Positions 17,041-28,656 of a stretch of DNA of 50,841 bases are shown here, piece by piece. The DNA is from Sumerlaeia bacterium. Its GTDB lineage: Bacteria > Sumerlaeota > Sumerlaeia > SLMS01 > JAHLLQ01. The stretch's first letter is position 1; each line of letters begins with the position of its first letter. Under the pieces are notes generated by a model. The model saw only the letters and a list, made by a program, of their open reading frames with translations, was not told where the DNA came from and did no database searches. The stretch covers positions 1 through 50,841 of the forward strand of contig JAVJSW010000072.1 in the NCBI GenBank assembly GCA_040219255.1, in the 5' to 3' direction. A program made the translations under genes and the position numbers.

Positions 17041-18957
17041 ATGTCCAAGCGTCCCATTCTTCCAAATCTCATCTCCGCCATCGTGCTGCCATCGCTCTTG
17101 GCGGTGGCGCTGACGGCGTTCTTCCATGGCATTCCATCCGGGCCAGGGGGAAATCTGCACGATGGCCTTCCCGCCTTGTTCCAACTTCAGGACGAGGCCC
17201 TCTTCCCCAACGACCCGTTTGTCGAGGCAACGCGGACGACGCCCACGGTCTTCTGGCATGCGATGGAGGCCCGGCTCCCGGCGGAGCCCTCGGCGGCCAT
17301 GCGAAGCGGCCTCTTTCGCTGGGGGGCTTTGCTGAGCCATTGGCTCTTCTTCCTGGGCGCCGGGGCTCTCGCCTGTGTCCTTGCGCCGGAAAGGCCGCTG
17401 GCCTGGGCCGGGGCCATCCTTCTACTGGCCGGCGAGGGGCTGACCCTTGCCGGAGCGAACGGCCTGCTGTCCGCCCAGTTTTCCCCCACGACTCTCGTCG
17501 CCGGGCCACTGCTCATCGCCTGGGCTGTGGCCTGGCGATGGCGCCATCGGCTTTGGGGTCCGCCGCTCGGTTTCGCCCTCGCCGGTGCCTGCGCCAATTT
17601 CCACCTTTTGAACGCTTTCTACGCCGGAACCCTGTTGTTCTGCGGACTGGCCGCTTGTGCCCGCAGCCGGGCCGAACGGTGGCGCCTCGCGCTCGCTCCC
17701 ATCGCGGGCGCCGCGGCTGCCGCGCCGGTGCTTTGGATGATCGCCACGGCGCCCGGAACCGGTCCTATTCCCGAAGGCTGGGCCGATGTGGTCCGCTCTG
17801 GCCATCGCATCCACTATTTCCTGTGGGATCAGCCCTGGCCGCTGCTGGTGCAGACCATCGCCGCACTGGTCCTGCTGGGCGCCTGGGTCAAGGAACGGTG
17901 GAGCGTCCGGCCTGCGGAGGCGCGCTTCGTCTTGGCCGTTGTGGCCGCCGTGGGCTTCGGTTTTCTCGGCCTCGGCAGTTTGCTCGCCGATGTTTTCGCA
18001 TGGCCCTTGGCGATTCGCCTCCAGCCCCTGCGCGCGGCGTCGTGGTTGCTGCCGCTGGCGAGTGTGGCGCTGGCCGAGCGGGTCTTCAATTCGCAGGAAA
18101 ACCCAGCCCGCCCGCTCTGGATCGGAGCCGCCGCCACGTTTTTCATCCTCCACGCCACCCGGCCTTTTCAGGCCCCGGCGGAGAGCTTCCTAACTCTTCA
18201 TCTGCTGGCGATGGCGCTGGGTCTCCTTGCCTGGGCCTCCAAGGCCTCGCTTCGGGCGGTGCCAGCGGCCTTAGCGGGCCTTGGCTTCTCGGGCGCCATT
18301 TGGTACTTGCTCGCGGTGGTGATCGTTTGGGTCGGCACAGCGGCAGGGACCGGCATCGCTGCGATCAGCCAAGGATGGTTCTTCGCCGCCGTCGTGTTCT
18401 CTTGCGCCGTCGCGGCCGGTGCGGCGAGCCGCCGAGGGTTCCTCTCGCGGCGTGCCAGACCCCCCGCCCTGGCTTGGATCGGACTCCTTTGGCTCGCGGT
18501 GGTGCTGGGCAGTCTACCCTCGCGCAAGTTTCTCGACCGCGAGACCCTCCTGTTCCAACCGCCTCGGGACCCCGCCCTCCGCGAAACGACCGCCTGGATC
18601 GCCGAGAACACCCCCGTGGACGCCGTGGTGCAATCGGTGCCGAGGCAGGGGGGGCTTAGGAGCGCCACGCGGCGCAGCGTGTACTTCAGCCAGGACGACG
18701 ACCACGCGCTCTACCTCGATCCGGCCCTTCTGCCTCTCCTCTCGCACCGCGCCGAAGCCCTCGGCGTCCCTCTCGCCAAGAGCTACGCGGGCCGCACGTG
18801 GGTCTTGGAAACGGTGCGTTGGGACGTCTTGCAGGCCGAGGGCGTGACGCACCTGCTTCTGCCCATCGTCCCTGGCCTGAGACGCCACGTGCCGGAGAGC
18901 TATGAGGTCGTGTTCGAGAACGGGCGCTACGCCGTCTTCGCGCGGCAGCCGGACTAA
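17041..18957 (+). CDS. Polytopic membrane protein, possibly GT-C fold
   Basis: Many hydrophobic segments; LFPNDPF early loop; soluble C-terminal domain (WIAENTPVDA...RSATRRS...GVTHLL); directly after the WecA-like gene. Confidence 0.65.
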   Translation: MSKRPILPNLISAIVLPSLLAVALTAFFHGIPSGPGGNLHDGLPALFQLQDEALFPNDPFVEATRTTPTVFWHAMEARLPAEPSAAMRSGLFRWGALLSHWLFFLGAGALACVLAPERPLAWAGAILLLAGEGLTLAGANGLLSAQFSPTTLVAGPLLIAWAVAWRWRHRLWGPPLGFALAGACANFHLLNAFYAGTLLFCGLAACARSRAERWRLALAPIAGAAAAAPVLWMIATAPGTGPIPEGWADVVRSGHRIHYFLWDQPWPLLVQTIAALVLLGAWVKERWSVRPAEARFVLAVVAAVGFGFLGLGSLLADVFAWPLAIRLQPLRAASWLLPLASVALAERVFNSQENPARPLWIGAAATFFILHATRPFQAPAESFLTLHLLAMALGLLAWASKASLRAVPAALAGLGFSGAIWYLLAVVIVWVGTAAGTGIAAISQGWFFAAVVFSCAVAAGAASRRGFLSRRARPPALAWIGLLWLAVVLGSLPSRKFLDRETLLFQPPRDPALRETTAWIAENTPVDAVVQSVPRQGGLRSATRRSVYFSQDDDHALYLDPALLPLLSHRAEALGVPLAKSYAGRTWVLETVRWDVLQAEGVTHLLLPIVPGLRRHVPESYEVVFENGRYAVFARQPD

Positions 18958-20588
18958 TCCGCCGCTTCGCCCTCGGCCCCCCGCACTAGCAGCGTGCAGA
19001 TCGCGTCCTGCGTGGCGTTCACCTCTTTTGTCGGCACCGAGTAGCGATTGCAGATCAGAGAGAAAACGTAGAGCTTCCCGTCGAGCGACTCGGCGTAGCC
19101 CGAAAGTCCACGCATATAGCCGATGTAGCCGGTCTTGGCGCGCACCAGGCTGCCGACCGCTTCGTCGCCGCCAAAGCGGTTGGAAAGCGTGCCGCTCTCG
19201 CCCCCGACCGGCAGCGAGTGGAAAAACTCCCAGCCACCCTGGCCCTTCGTCACCATGTGGCGCAGCGCCGCGGTGAAGTGGCGCGGCTGGACGTAATTCT
19301 TGCGCGAGAGGCCCGAGCCATCGCGCATGTTCAGGCTCTTCGGCGACTCCGCGCCGATCTGCCCCAGCCAATCCTCGACCACCTTGGCGCCTTCGCTGAA
19401 ACTGCCTTTCTCGCCCTGCACCGCCCCCAGAGTCCGCAGGATCTGATCGGCGAAAAAGTTGTGGCTCGGGACATTGACGACCTTCACCAACTCGCTCAGC
19501 GGCGGGCTCTCGGTAGCCGTCACAAAAAACTTTTCGCCCTCGTCGATGGCCGCGACGGTTTCCGGGTCCAGGGCGCGGATGTTCACCGCTTCGCCCGCCA
19601 CCGCGACGCCGGCCCGTTCGAGCGCTTCCTTAAACAGAAAGGCCGCGTAACGCTCGCCATCCAGAATAGAGCCCCGCTCCTTCACTTCGCCGTCCAGCGC
19701 CACCGTGCGCTCGTAGTGGAAGACATTGCCCGGATCCCGGGCCACGGCGTCGGCATTGTTCTTTCCGCCCGCCTCCGCGGTCTTCACCTTATTCAGGATC
19801 GTGACGTACCGGGTGTCGGGGGTGATCTTGTACTCGGCCGCATCGCCCACCTTCTCGCCGGGCGTGATGTGGATGCGGAACGCGTTCTCCTCCATCGCCA
19901 GGCCGCTACTGCCTGCCGCGTACCAGTACGGCAGGTCCCAGTGCTCCCAGTCGTCGTGCAGGTACTCCTCGGTAAAGAAGCGCCCGTCGCCGATGATGTG
20001 GCCGGCGATCCGCTCGACGCCTTTTTCCTTCAGCGCGGCCGTCCAGGCCTCCAGCACCTGGGCGCTGTTCTGCGACTCGTCCGGGTGCCAGGCGCCGAGG
20101 CTCGGGTCGCCGCTGCCCACGATCAGCACATCGCCCTCCAGAGTCCCGTCCTCGCCCACGCCGCCGATCAGGAACAGCCGCGTCGAGTACGTATATTCCG
20201 GCCCCAAGAGATCCAGCGCCGCCGCCGTCGTCAGCAACTTCATGTTCGACGCCGGGACGAAATTCTTGTCCCCCAGGCGATCGTAAAGCACGTGGCCCGC
20301 CGGAGTCTCGATCCGCACGCCCCAGAACGCGTCGGCGTACTTCGGATCGTCCAGCAGCGCATCGATCCGCGCCACGACCTCGGGGTCGAGCGCGGGCTCG
20401 GCTGGCTGGGTCGCCGGCGCGGCGGGGGCTTCGAGCAGGACTTCCTGCGCCGCGGCGGGGGAGAGCGCCGCCACACAAACGGCAAGCAGGCAAATGACAA
20501 GCGGGCAAATGACAAGCGGGCAAAAGGTTCGATTCAACAATGTCGTCACGTCGGCGGATGACCTTTCCGGAGCGGAGAGATTTGTCAT
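18954..20588 (-). CDS. dacB: D-Ala-D-Ala carboxypeptidase/endopeptidase PBP4 (peptidase S13)
   Basis: PASNMK (SxxK), SHN (SxN), GSGDPSL, DGSGLSR and AKTG motifs; the true start may be slightly downstream. Confidence 0.93.
   Translation of the reverse strand: MTNLSAPERSSADVTTLLNRTFCPLVICPLVICLLAVCVAALSPAAAQEVLLEAPAAPATQPAEPALDPEVVARIDALLDDPKYADAFWGVRIETPAGHVLYDRLGDKNFVPASNMKLLTTAAALDLLGPEYTYSTRLFLIGGVGEDGTLEGDVLIVGSGDPSLGAWHPDESQNSAQVLEAWTAALKEKGVERIAGHIIGDGRFFTEEYLHDDWEHWDLPYWYAAGSSGLAMEENAFRIHITPGEKVGDAAEYKITPDTRYVTILNKVKTAEAGGKNNADAVARDPGNVFHYERTVALDGEVKERGSILDGERYAAFLFKEALERAGVAVAGEAVNIRALDPETVAAIDEGEKFFVTATESPPLSELVKVVNVPSHNFFADQILRTLGAVQGEKGSFSEGAKVVEDWLGQIGAESPKSLNMRDGSGLSRKNYVQPRHFTAALRHMVTKGQGGWEFFHSLPVGGESGTLSNRFGGDEAVGSLVRAKTGYIGYMRGLSGYAESLDGKLYVFSLICNRYSVPTKEVNATQDAICTLLVRGAEGEAAD
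20483..20524. repeat. 15-bp tandem repeat (~2.8 units) in the dacB signal region
   Basis: CAAGCAGGCAAATGA CAAGCGGGCAAATGA CAAGCGGGCAAA; encodes CPLVI-CPLVI-CLL. Confidence 0.8.
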
Positions 20589-20593
20589 AACCT

Positions 20594-21625
20594 GTGCAAC
20601 GACTCGCCGGGGTGCAAGGAGGTTTGAAAGCCAAGCGCCCGCTTTGGAGCGGTCAGGGCGCGGGCCAGTGGGCCGTCTATTACCTGGTGCGCGATCACCT
20701 GGGGTCGGTGGTGGCTTTGGTTGACGAAGCGGGCGAGGTGGTGGAAAGCTACCAGTACGCTCCCTATGGGGCGCCTCAGGTCTTTGACAGCGCAGGAGTT
20801 ACCGCGAGCACGGTGTCGCCCCTGGGCAACCGCATGCTCTACACGGGCCGGGAATGGGAACCGGCGCTGGGGTTCTATCACTATCGCTACCGGACGTATT
20901 CGCCCGAGGACCGGCGGTTTATGCAGGGCGACCCGATTGGGTTGGATGCGGGGTGGAATTTTTATGCGTATGTCGGGGGGAATCCGGTTATGTTCTTGGA
21001 CGCAACAGGACTTGCGAGTTATGAATTCAGATATCAATCTGGTGACCCCGACAAAATGGGGCGTAAGGATCCTATGTTGAAGGACTTTGGTGGAAAAGAT
21101 CCAGATTTTGATGAACTCATTGATTTTTCTGAATCCAGAGGAGATCATTTCGACGTCTTTGACAAAGATAAGGGAAGGCAAATTGGTAGACTTCGAATAG
21201 CTGATGGAAAGTGGTTTCCGGAGAAAGGCGTAGATGTAACAGAGAAGCAAATACTTAAATCTTTTGCAAAAGATAAGAACATGCAGAGAAAGTTGCAAGA
21301 GACTCTTTCCAAATGGGTAGATGAGAGTGGGAAATATAAGAACCTGGAAAAAGAAATGCGTGACGAACTTAAAGAAAGGCTGGGTAAGCGGGCACTGAAA
21401 AAACTACCAATTCTAGCTCTGTTGTCGTTAGCTCAAGCAGCACATGCAAATGGATTGGATGGCATCAAAAGCGAATGCGAAGATCAGGTATTTGCAAAGG
21501 AAATCGCATTTATGGCTGATACAATTCGTGACGAGCTGGTGGATAAAGTCACCAATAGCAAATTCTACCAGTCTGCCTATCGCCATAATTCGAGGACAAG
21601 TTATGTTATGGATCAACTCCGGTAA
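20594..21625 (+). CDS. Orphan RHS-core protein with C-terminal toxin domain (5'-truncated)
   Basis: RDHLGSV, YAPYG, YTGRE, RFMQGDPIG and YAYVGGNPVMFLDATGL motifs; composition turns AT-rich right after DATGL (~21013); no YD-repeat body and no clear RBS. Confidence 0.88.
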   Translation: MQRLAGVQGGLKAKRPLWSGQGAGQWAVYYLVRDHLGSVVALVDEAGEVVESYQYAPYGAPQVFDSAGVTASTVSPLGNRMLYTGREWEPALGFYHYRYRTYSPEDRRFMQGDPIGLDAGWNFYAYVGGNPVMFLDATGLASYEFRYQSGDPDKMGRKDPMLKDFGGKDPDFDELIDFSESRGDHFDVFDKDKGRQIGRLRIADGKWFPEKGVDVTEKQILKSFAKDKNMQRKLQETLSKWVDESGKYKNLEKEMRDELKERLGKRALKKLPILALLSLAQAAHANGLDGIKSECEDQVFAKEIAFMADTIRDELVDKVTNSKFYQSAYRHNSRTSYVMDQLR

Positions 21626-21629
21626 TGAC

Positions 21630-22427
21630 ATGAAAATCCGTTGTATCGGAAATCGTGAGACCTATCTCTTGTCTCTTGATAGGAACCTCATTGGCTTCAG
21701 CTTTCGATCAAATGCAGGTCTGATTAGACAGTTAGGTCGCGCGCGTTTTAAAGATGATATTATAGATTATTCAAACGAAGTCACGATAATGGGGAGTGGG
21801 GACTGTATAAAGGTCCGCAGGGAGGCCGATGCGAAAGTGCTGTATGTAGCACAATTGTTGGATGCTTACGTATTTAATCACGAGTGTGTTTATGGGTTGA
21901 GGGGAGTTGAATTGGGTCTTTTTCAGCTAGTTACATACGACGGAATGGTAGAAAGAACAAGTTCCAGCGTAATTGCATTGGACTCATCGCACGCATATAT
22001 CAACTCAGTGGAAGATGAGAGTGTATTGCTTTCTACTCCCTTTGAAATGGGTGTATTCTCAGCGAAGCACTATAAATCGCTCTTTAGATGCTTGGATTTA
22101 AACTTGTCTCCTCATCCATCTATAGTAGGGCCAATACGGAAAGTGGGTCAGAAATACTATCTTTCAATCGAATGTGAAGGTCAATTGGCGGCAGTAAGCG
22201 TGGATAAGACAGGGGGCTATTCAGTGAGCAGTTTTTCCGAGGTTCCAATTAATGAGTATCCTATGGGTGTTTTTGACATCGAAGACAAGCTTGTAGTTAA
22301 ATCCTTTGATCCAGCAACGAATTCTACAATATATCGAGACGGCGATGGTTTTGAACAGACTAGGACGGGTTGCTTTCTCAGTTTTGAAAAAAGTGAGATG
22401 AGAGTCGATTTAATGTTTGGCAAATAG
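21630..22427 (+). CDS. Putative cognate immunity protein
   Basis: Low-GC 265-aa ORF starting 4 nt after the Rhs stop; no recognisable family. Confidence 0.65.
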   Translation: MKIRCIGNRETYLLSLDRNLIGFSFRSNAGLIRQLGRARFKDDIIDYSNEVTIMGSGDCIKVRREADAKVLYVAQLLDAYVFNHECVYGLRGVELGLFQLVTYDGMVERTSSSVIALDSSHAYINSVEDESVLLSTPFEMGVFSAKHYKSLFRCLDLNLSPHPSIVGPIRKVGQKYYLSIECEGQLAAVSVDKTGGYSVSSFSEVPINEYPMGVFDIEDKLVVKSFDPATNSTIYRDGDGFEQTRTGCFLSFEKSEMRVDLMFGK

Positions 22428-22993
22428 TGAAACCGAGAACGGGTCTTGATTTCAATCAGTTCTTGCCTGCATGCATTGCTAGTGCCGAGCACGGGCACTC
22501 ACAATCAGCTTCGGGGGCGGGCGCGGGATTTGGGGGCGTCGGTGCTGCCGACGACGATGACGCTGCCGTTGGCGGGGACGTTCACGCTCGACGAGATCGC
22601 CTATCCGGACTCGGTGTGGGTGACGGTGTCGGACGTGGACACGTCGGCGGTGCTGTGGTCGGGGGTGCCGGACTTCGGAGCCCAGGGGGCCGCGGGCCAG
22701 CACCGGGTGACTTGGTGATGGAGGCCCCGGCGAGCGACCCCCTCAATACTCCACGCGAAACGTCGGCCCCTCCTCGCGCCCATCGTTCATCCTGATGCTC
22801 GCGGGCGCTGCTTTCCGCCTTCACCCGCAGGGCGTTTTCATCACGCCCCCTTCCACGCCAGCCACCCCCCTTCGTCCCTCTGCTCCTTCGCCCCTAAATG
22901 TTCACCCACCGCCCCATCGGCGTTCCTCCGCGTCCTTCTCGCGGTTCCAAACTCCCTTATTATCCCCCGCCAACCAGCCCCCAAGCCCCCAAC

Positions 22994-23024
22994 CTCTGCG
23001 TCCGCTGCGCCTCAGCGGTGAATT
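22994..23024 (-). repeat. Diverged copy of the CACAGAG repeat
   Basis: Reverse complement AATTCACCGCTGAGGCGCAGCGGACGCAGAG; same length and register as the 38373 copy. Confidence 0.6.
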
Positions 23025-23115
23025 CCCTCACCACGTCCGCCACTCTCCGCCCCCAAACCCCTCCCTTCCCTCGACTTACCCGCCCCCGAAGCGCCACTTG
23101 TCCCTTTAGTCCCAC

Positions 23116-23186
23116 AAGTGTATCTTGTCTTTCTTGTCCCGTAAGCTCCACATGAGGGGACAAACCAAACGGCCTGTGCGAGCCTC
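23116..23186. repeat. ~70-bp noncoding repeat, copy 1
   Basis: First 48 nt match 44908-44955 at 44/48; similarity resumes at CGGCCTGTGCGAGCCTC. Confidence 0.85.
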
Positions 23187-23303
23187 CCCACCAGTTCGAT
23201 TCCGAATCCCGGGAGACCCCTCGCCATGACGCACCTTACCATCGCCCGCCGCCGCCGCCGCGCCGAACGGCCTTTTTTCGCCGATACCTGCAACCTGGAA
23301 CCC

Positions 23304-24958
<1,655 letters not shown>

Positions 24959-24962
<4 letters not shown>

Positions 24963-26740
24963 GACGGGTTACTCTCCGCGTCCGGATACGGCGATTGGCC
25001 GCTGTGGCCGTTATCCGTCTGGCCGCCGGTTCTTTGCAGGGGCAGGACAATGCGGAAGGTGCTGCCCTTGGCGGGCTCGCTCTTCACGCTCAGTTCGCCG
25101 CCATGGGACGTGATCATCTTGCGCGAGATGAACAGCCCCAGGCCCGTGCCTTCCTGGCGCGTCGTAAAGAATGGATCGAACAGCGAGGGGATGTTCTCTG
25201 GCGCGATCCCCACGCCCGAGTCCATTACCTCGATGGCCACCATGGGCAGCTGGTTCTCGTTTTCGAAGCGGCGCGTCGAAACGGCGAGGCGTCCGCCCTC
25301 GGGCATAGCCTGGATCGCGTTCATCATCAGGTTCAGGAGAACCTGCTGGATTTGCAGGCGGTCGGCGGGCAGGCTCGGCAAATCGCCGTCCAGTTCGGAA
25401 CAGCACTCGATGCTGCCCTTGGTCAGTTTGTGGCTCAGAAAAAGGAGCAAATCGCGCACGATGGCATTGAGGCAAACGGGTTCGAAGGAGGGTTCGCGGT
25501 TGCGGGCGATGTTGAGCGTTTGCTCCACGATGCGATTGATGCGGTCGAGTTTGTCCATCACGATCCGCAGATCGCCCGCCACCTGGGCGTTGCCTTCCGT
25601 TTCTTCGCTGATGCTGTGCAGGAGCAGATTGATGATCGTCACCGGATTGCGGATTTCGTGGGCGATTTCCGCCGCCAACGTCCCCAGCAACGAGAACCGT
25701 TCCGCCCGGTTCAGCGATTCTTCCATAACCAGCAGCCGCTCCTGGCGCCGGGCGTTTTCCTGTGCCACGGCGTATTGATTGGCCAGCAATTGCAGCAGAC
25801 TCGAATCCGAATCGATAAAGGTGCGCGCATGATGGAATCCCACCGCCAGAACCCCCGCCGGGGCGTCCTGATACGAAACCGGCACGGCCAGCAGGGAACG
25901 GGGAAACTTCCCCACCGGGGCGGGCGTTTCCGCCGTGTCTTGCAGCTTCTCCACCATCGTCACGATCTGGGCCCGGAAGGTCGAGTAGATCGGCCCGTGG
26001 AGCAGCGGGAAGCCCAGTTGCGACTCCCAGTGATCGGCCCCCTCCTGGGCCACGATCTCCAGCGTCTTGCCATCCTCGGCCACTTCATAGAGGGCGCAGG
26101 CGTTGCCTTCGAGAATGCGCATGCCTTCGCGGACGACGAGGGCGCGGATGCTCCAGACACTGGTGGAAATCGTGAGCTGGCGCCCGACGCCGAAGAGCGA
26201 CTCCATCTGGGCGTTGTGCCGCTTGAGCTGACTGTAGAGGCGGGCCATTTCGATAACGCGGGCACTTTGCTCGGCGATGGCCGTCAGCATCTTCTCGTCG
26301 TCTTCGGTGAAGGCGCTCTCTCGGACGCTGTCGACGTTGATGACGCCGAGGACGCGGTGGCCATGAAACATGGGCACCGCGAGTTCGCTGCGCACGTCGG
26401 GCTTGACCGCGATGTAGAGCGGGTTTGTGGCGACATCGTCAATGCGCAGCGGACAGCCATGGGCGGCGACCCAGCCGGTGACGCCGTGGCCGACTTCGAG
26501 CTTGAGATCGCGCCAGGCTTCCGGGGCGATGTTGATCGCCGTTTCGATGTTGAGGATCTCGCGGCTGTGGTCCACCATGGCGATACTGGCGGAGGACGCA
26601 CTGGTTACGCGGACCACTTCGCGCAGGACTTCTTCGAGCACCTGGGTCGGATCGAGCGTCGTATTGAGCAAGTTGGAAATCTTGTAGAGGACTTCCAAGC
26701 GCTCGAGGCGGCGTGGGATGGTATCTCCCTGGTCGGTCAC
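24959..26740 (-). CDS. Cytoplasmic GAF-GAF sensor histidine kinase
   Basis: Two GAF-like regions (GVTGWVA...RSELAVP; RSLLAVP), AHEIRNP H-box, NAIQA, DSGVGI, FDPFFTT and GTGLGL; 4-bp overlap with the regulator. Confidence 0.94.
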
Positions 26741-26868
26741 GGCGAAAAATTCCTACGGTCCACGAAAAATGGGGTTTGCAGCGCCAGGGGTACTGGTCGT
26801 TTCCTGCCCCACCGTGGGAGCCGGACCCCGCTCCTTCAATCCCAAACCTTCATTGTGACGCAAACGGC

Positions 26869-27948
26869 ATGAGCATCATCTACGATCCCTCCACAGACCC
26901 CGACGCCGGGCAGAAGCGGCGCCTTCTCCATCTGACGGAAGGCTGCCTGTCGCCCCGAAGCGCCAAGACCACCCGAGGCGTGCTCCTCTATTCCCACCAC
27001 GACAGCGTTGGCTGTGTGGACAGCGAGGCGGTGGGGGCTTCGACCGTCGAGCGCCTCGGCGCCCGGGAAGACATTCCCGTCAAGGCCACCGTCGGCGAGT
27101 TTCTGGACGGCAGCGTCGCGCGCCCGGACACCCTGGTGGTGGGCGCCACGCCCGTCGGCGGCAAACTTCCCGCCCCCATGCGCCAGGCCGTCAAGGACGC
27201 CCTCAAGGCCGGCATGGACGTCTGGAGCGGCATGCATGAATTCCTGGTGGACGACCCGGAGATGGTCACCCTCGCCAGGGAAACGGGTGCGAAAATCTGG
27301 GATGTGCGCAAACCCGGCAAAGATTTGCCCGTCGGTTCGGGCGCCTGCCTCGAAACGAAATGCCGCCGCATCCTCGCCGTCGGCACCGACTGCGCCATCG
27401 GCAAGATGACCGCCGCCCTGGAAATCCGCGCCGCCGCCCGCAAAGAAGGCATCCACGCCGCCTTTGTCGCCACCGGCCAGACCGGCATGATGATCGAGGG
27501 CTGGGGCAGCCCCATCGACGCCATCGCCGGCGATTTCATGGCCGGATGCGTCGAACGCGATGTCCTGCGCGTCGCCGAAGACAACGACTACGTCCTCATC
27601 GAAGGCCAAGGCTCGCTGCTGCACCCCGGCTACTCGCCGGTGACACTCGGTCTGCTACACGGCTGCATGCCCACGGATTTCCTGCTGTGCCATCAACTGG
27701 GCCGCACGGCGATCAGCAAGCGCGAACACATCGCCATCCCCTCGCTGAGCAAAATGCTCGAGTTCTACATGGACTCGGTGAAGCCCTTCGGCCTCGCCCC
27801 GCGGTGCATCGGCGTGGCGATCAACACCTGGGGCCATCCGGAAGACGCCGCCCGCTCGGCCTGCGAAGCGGCGGCGCAGGAACTCGGCCTCCCGGCCACG
27901 GACCCGTCGCGCTTCGGCAGCGCCGGGATTCTGGCGAACTGGGGGTAA
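26869..27948 (+). CDS. DUF1611 family P-loop protein (DgcN-like)
   Basis: SAKTTRG, GTDCAIGKMT, ATGQTG, IEGQGSLLHP and LGLLHG motifs. Confidence 0.88.
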   Translation: MSIIYDPSTDPDAGQKRRLLHLTEGCLSPRSAKTTRGVLLYSHHDSVGCVDSEAVGASTVERLGAREDIPVKATVGEFLDGSVARPDTLVVGATPVGGKLPAPMRQAVKDALKAGMDVWSGMHEFLVDDPEMVTLARETGAKIWDVRKPGKDLPVGSGACLETKCRRILAVGTDCAIGKMTAALEIRAAARKEGIHAAFVATGQTGMMIEGWGSPIDAIAGDFMAGCVERDVLRVAEDNDYVLIEGQGSLLHPGYSPVTLGLLHGCMPTDFLLCHQLGRTAISKREHIAIPSLSKMLEFYMDSVKPFGLAPRCIGVAINTWGHPEDAARSACEAAAQELGLPATDPSRFGSAGILANWG

Positions 27949-27969
27949 GGGAGGCCTTCGTTTTTGAAG

Positions 27970-28000
27970 AAATCACCTCAGAGTCACAGAGAACACAGAG
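27970..28000 (+). repeat. 31-bp CACAGAG repeat, copy 2
   Basis: AAATCACCTCAGAGTCACAGAGAACACAGAG; 29/31 identical to copy 1. Confidence 0.85.
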
Positions 28001-28177
28001 AATATTGGAGATAGAGGGGTTAGGTCGGGGGATTCGGGAGGGCCAATCATTGTCCCGGTGACAGGGGAATAGGGAAATCCTTGATCGCCGGAGGTGCGGT
28101 CAGGACAAGACGGCAAGATGTACGATCTGTTGTTTCGCTGATTTTTCACAGCTTAGCCAGTGATCTTGTGTCAGAGT

Positions 28178-28224
28178 TCTGTGAACCTTTGCGAGGCCTC
28201 CGTCCTCTGGGACCTCTGCGGTTC
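28178..28224 (-). repeat. Inverted partner of copy 2
   Basis: Reverse complement GAACCGCAGAGGTCCCAGAGGACGGAGG...TTCACAGA; resembles the 4071-4112 partner. Confidence 0.65.
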
Positions 28225-28259
28225 AGAACTCGAAGGGTGCGAAAACCGCACCAGCGCGC

Positions 28260-28288
28260 TTGACAGCGGGGGGCGCGGTGCCCACACT
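28260..28288 (+). promoter_or_regulatory. Sigma-70-type promoter of rpsO
   Basis: TTGACA-17 bp-CACACT, about 90 nt upstream of the rpsO ATG. Confidence 0.65.
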
Positions 28289-28380
28289 CCCGCGCTGTCC
28301 CACGCCTCGGGCGCGCGCTCCGGTTCTCTCCGGCGGCGTTCTGGGGTGCGGGCGAAAAGACCACTTTGGAGAGACAGACC

Positions 28381-28656
28381 ATGTCCGTCAAAAAAGACCG
28401 CAAAACGGAAATCATCCAGGAATACGGCTTGAAGGAAGGCGATACCGGTTCGCCCGAGGTTCAGGTGGCGGTGCTCAGCGAGCGCATCAACAACCTGACC
28501 GAGCACATGAAGATCAACAAGCACGACTACCACAGCCGGCGCGGCTTGCTGATGATGGTGGGCAAGCGCAAGCGTCTGCTGAAGTTCCTGCGCGACCGCG
28601 ACATCGAGCGCTACCGCGACCTGATCAAGCGCCTGGGCATCCGCGAAGTCCGCTAA
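28381..28656 (+). CDS. rpsO: 30S ribosomal protein S15
   Basis: [12 protein letters not shown] and [20 protein letters not shown] motifs; GGAGAG RBS; upstream of pnp. Confidence 0.98.
   Translation: MSVKKDRKTEIIQEYGLKEGDTGSPEVQVAVLSERINNLTEHMKINKHDYHSRRGLLMMVGKRKRLLKFLRDRDIERYRDLIKRLGIREVR

Noticed and set aside
22790-23110. C-rich tract as a gene or G-quadruplex element
   Set aside because: The ORFs are low-complexity Pro-rich artefacts, and strand skew alone does not support a function.
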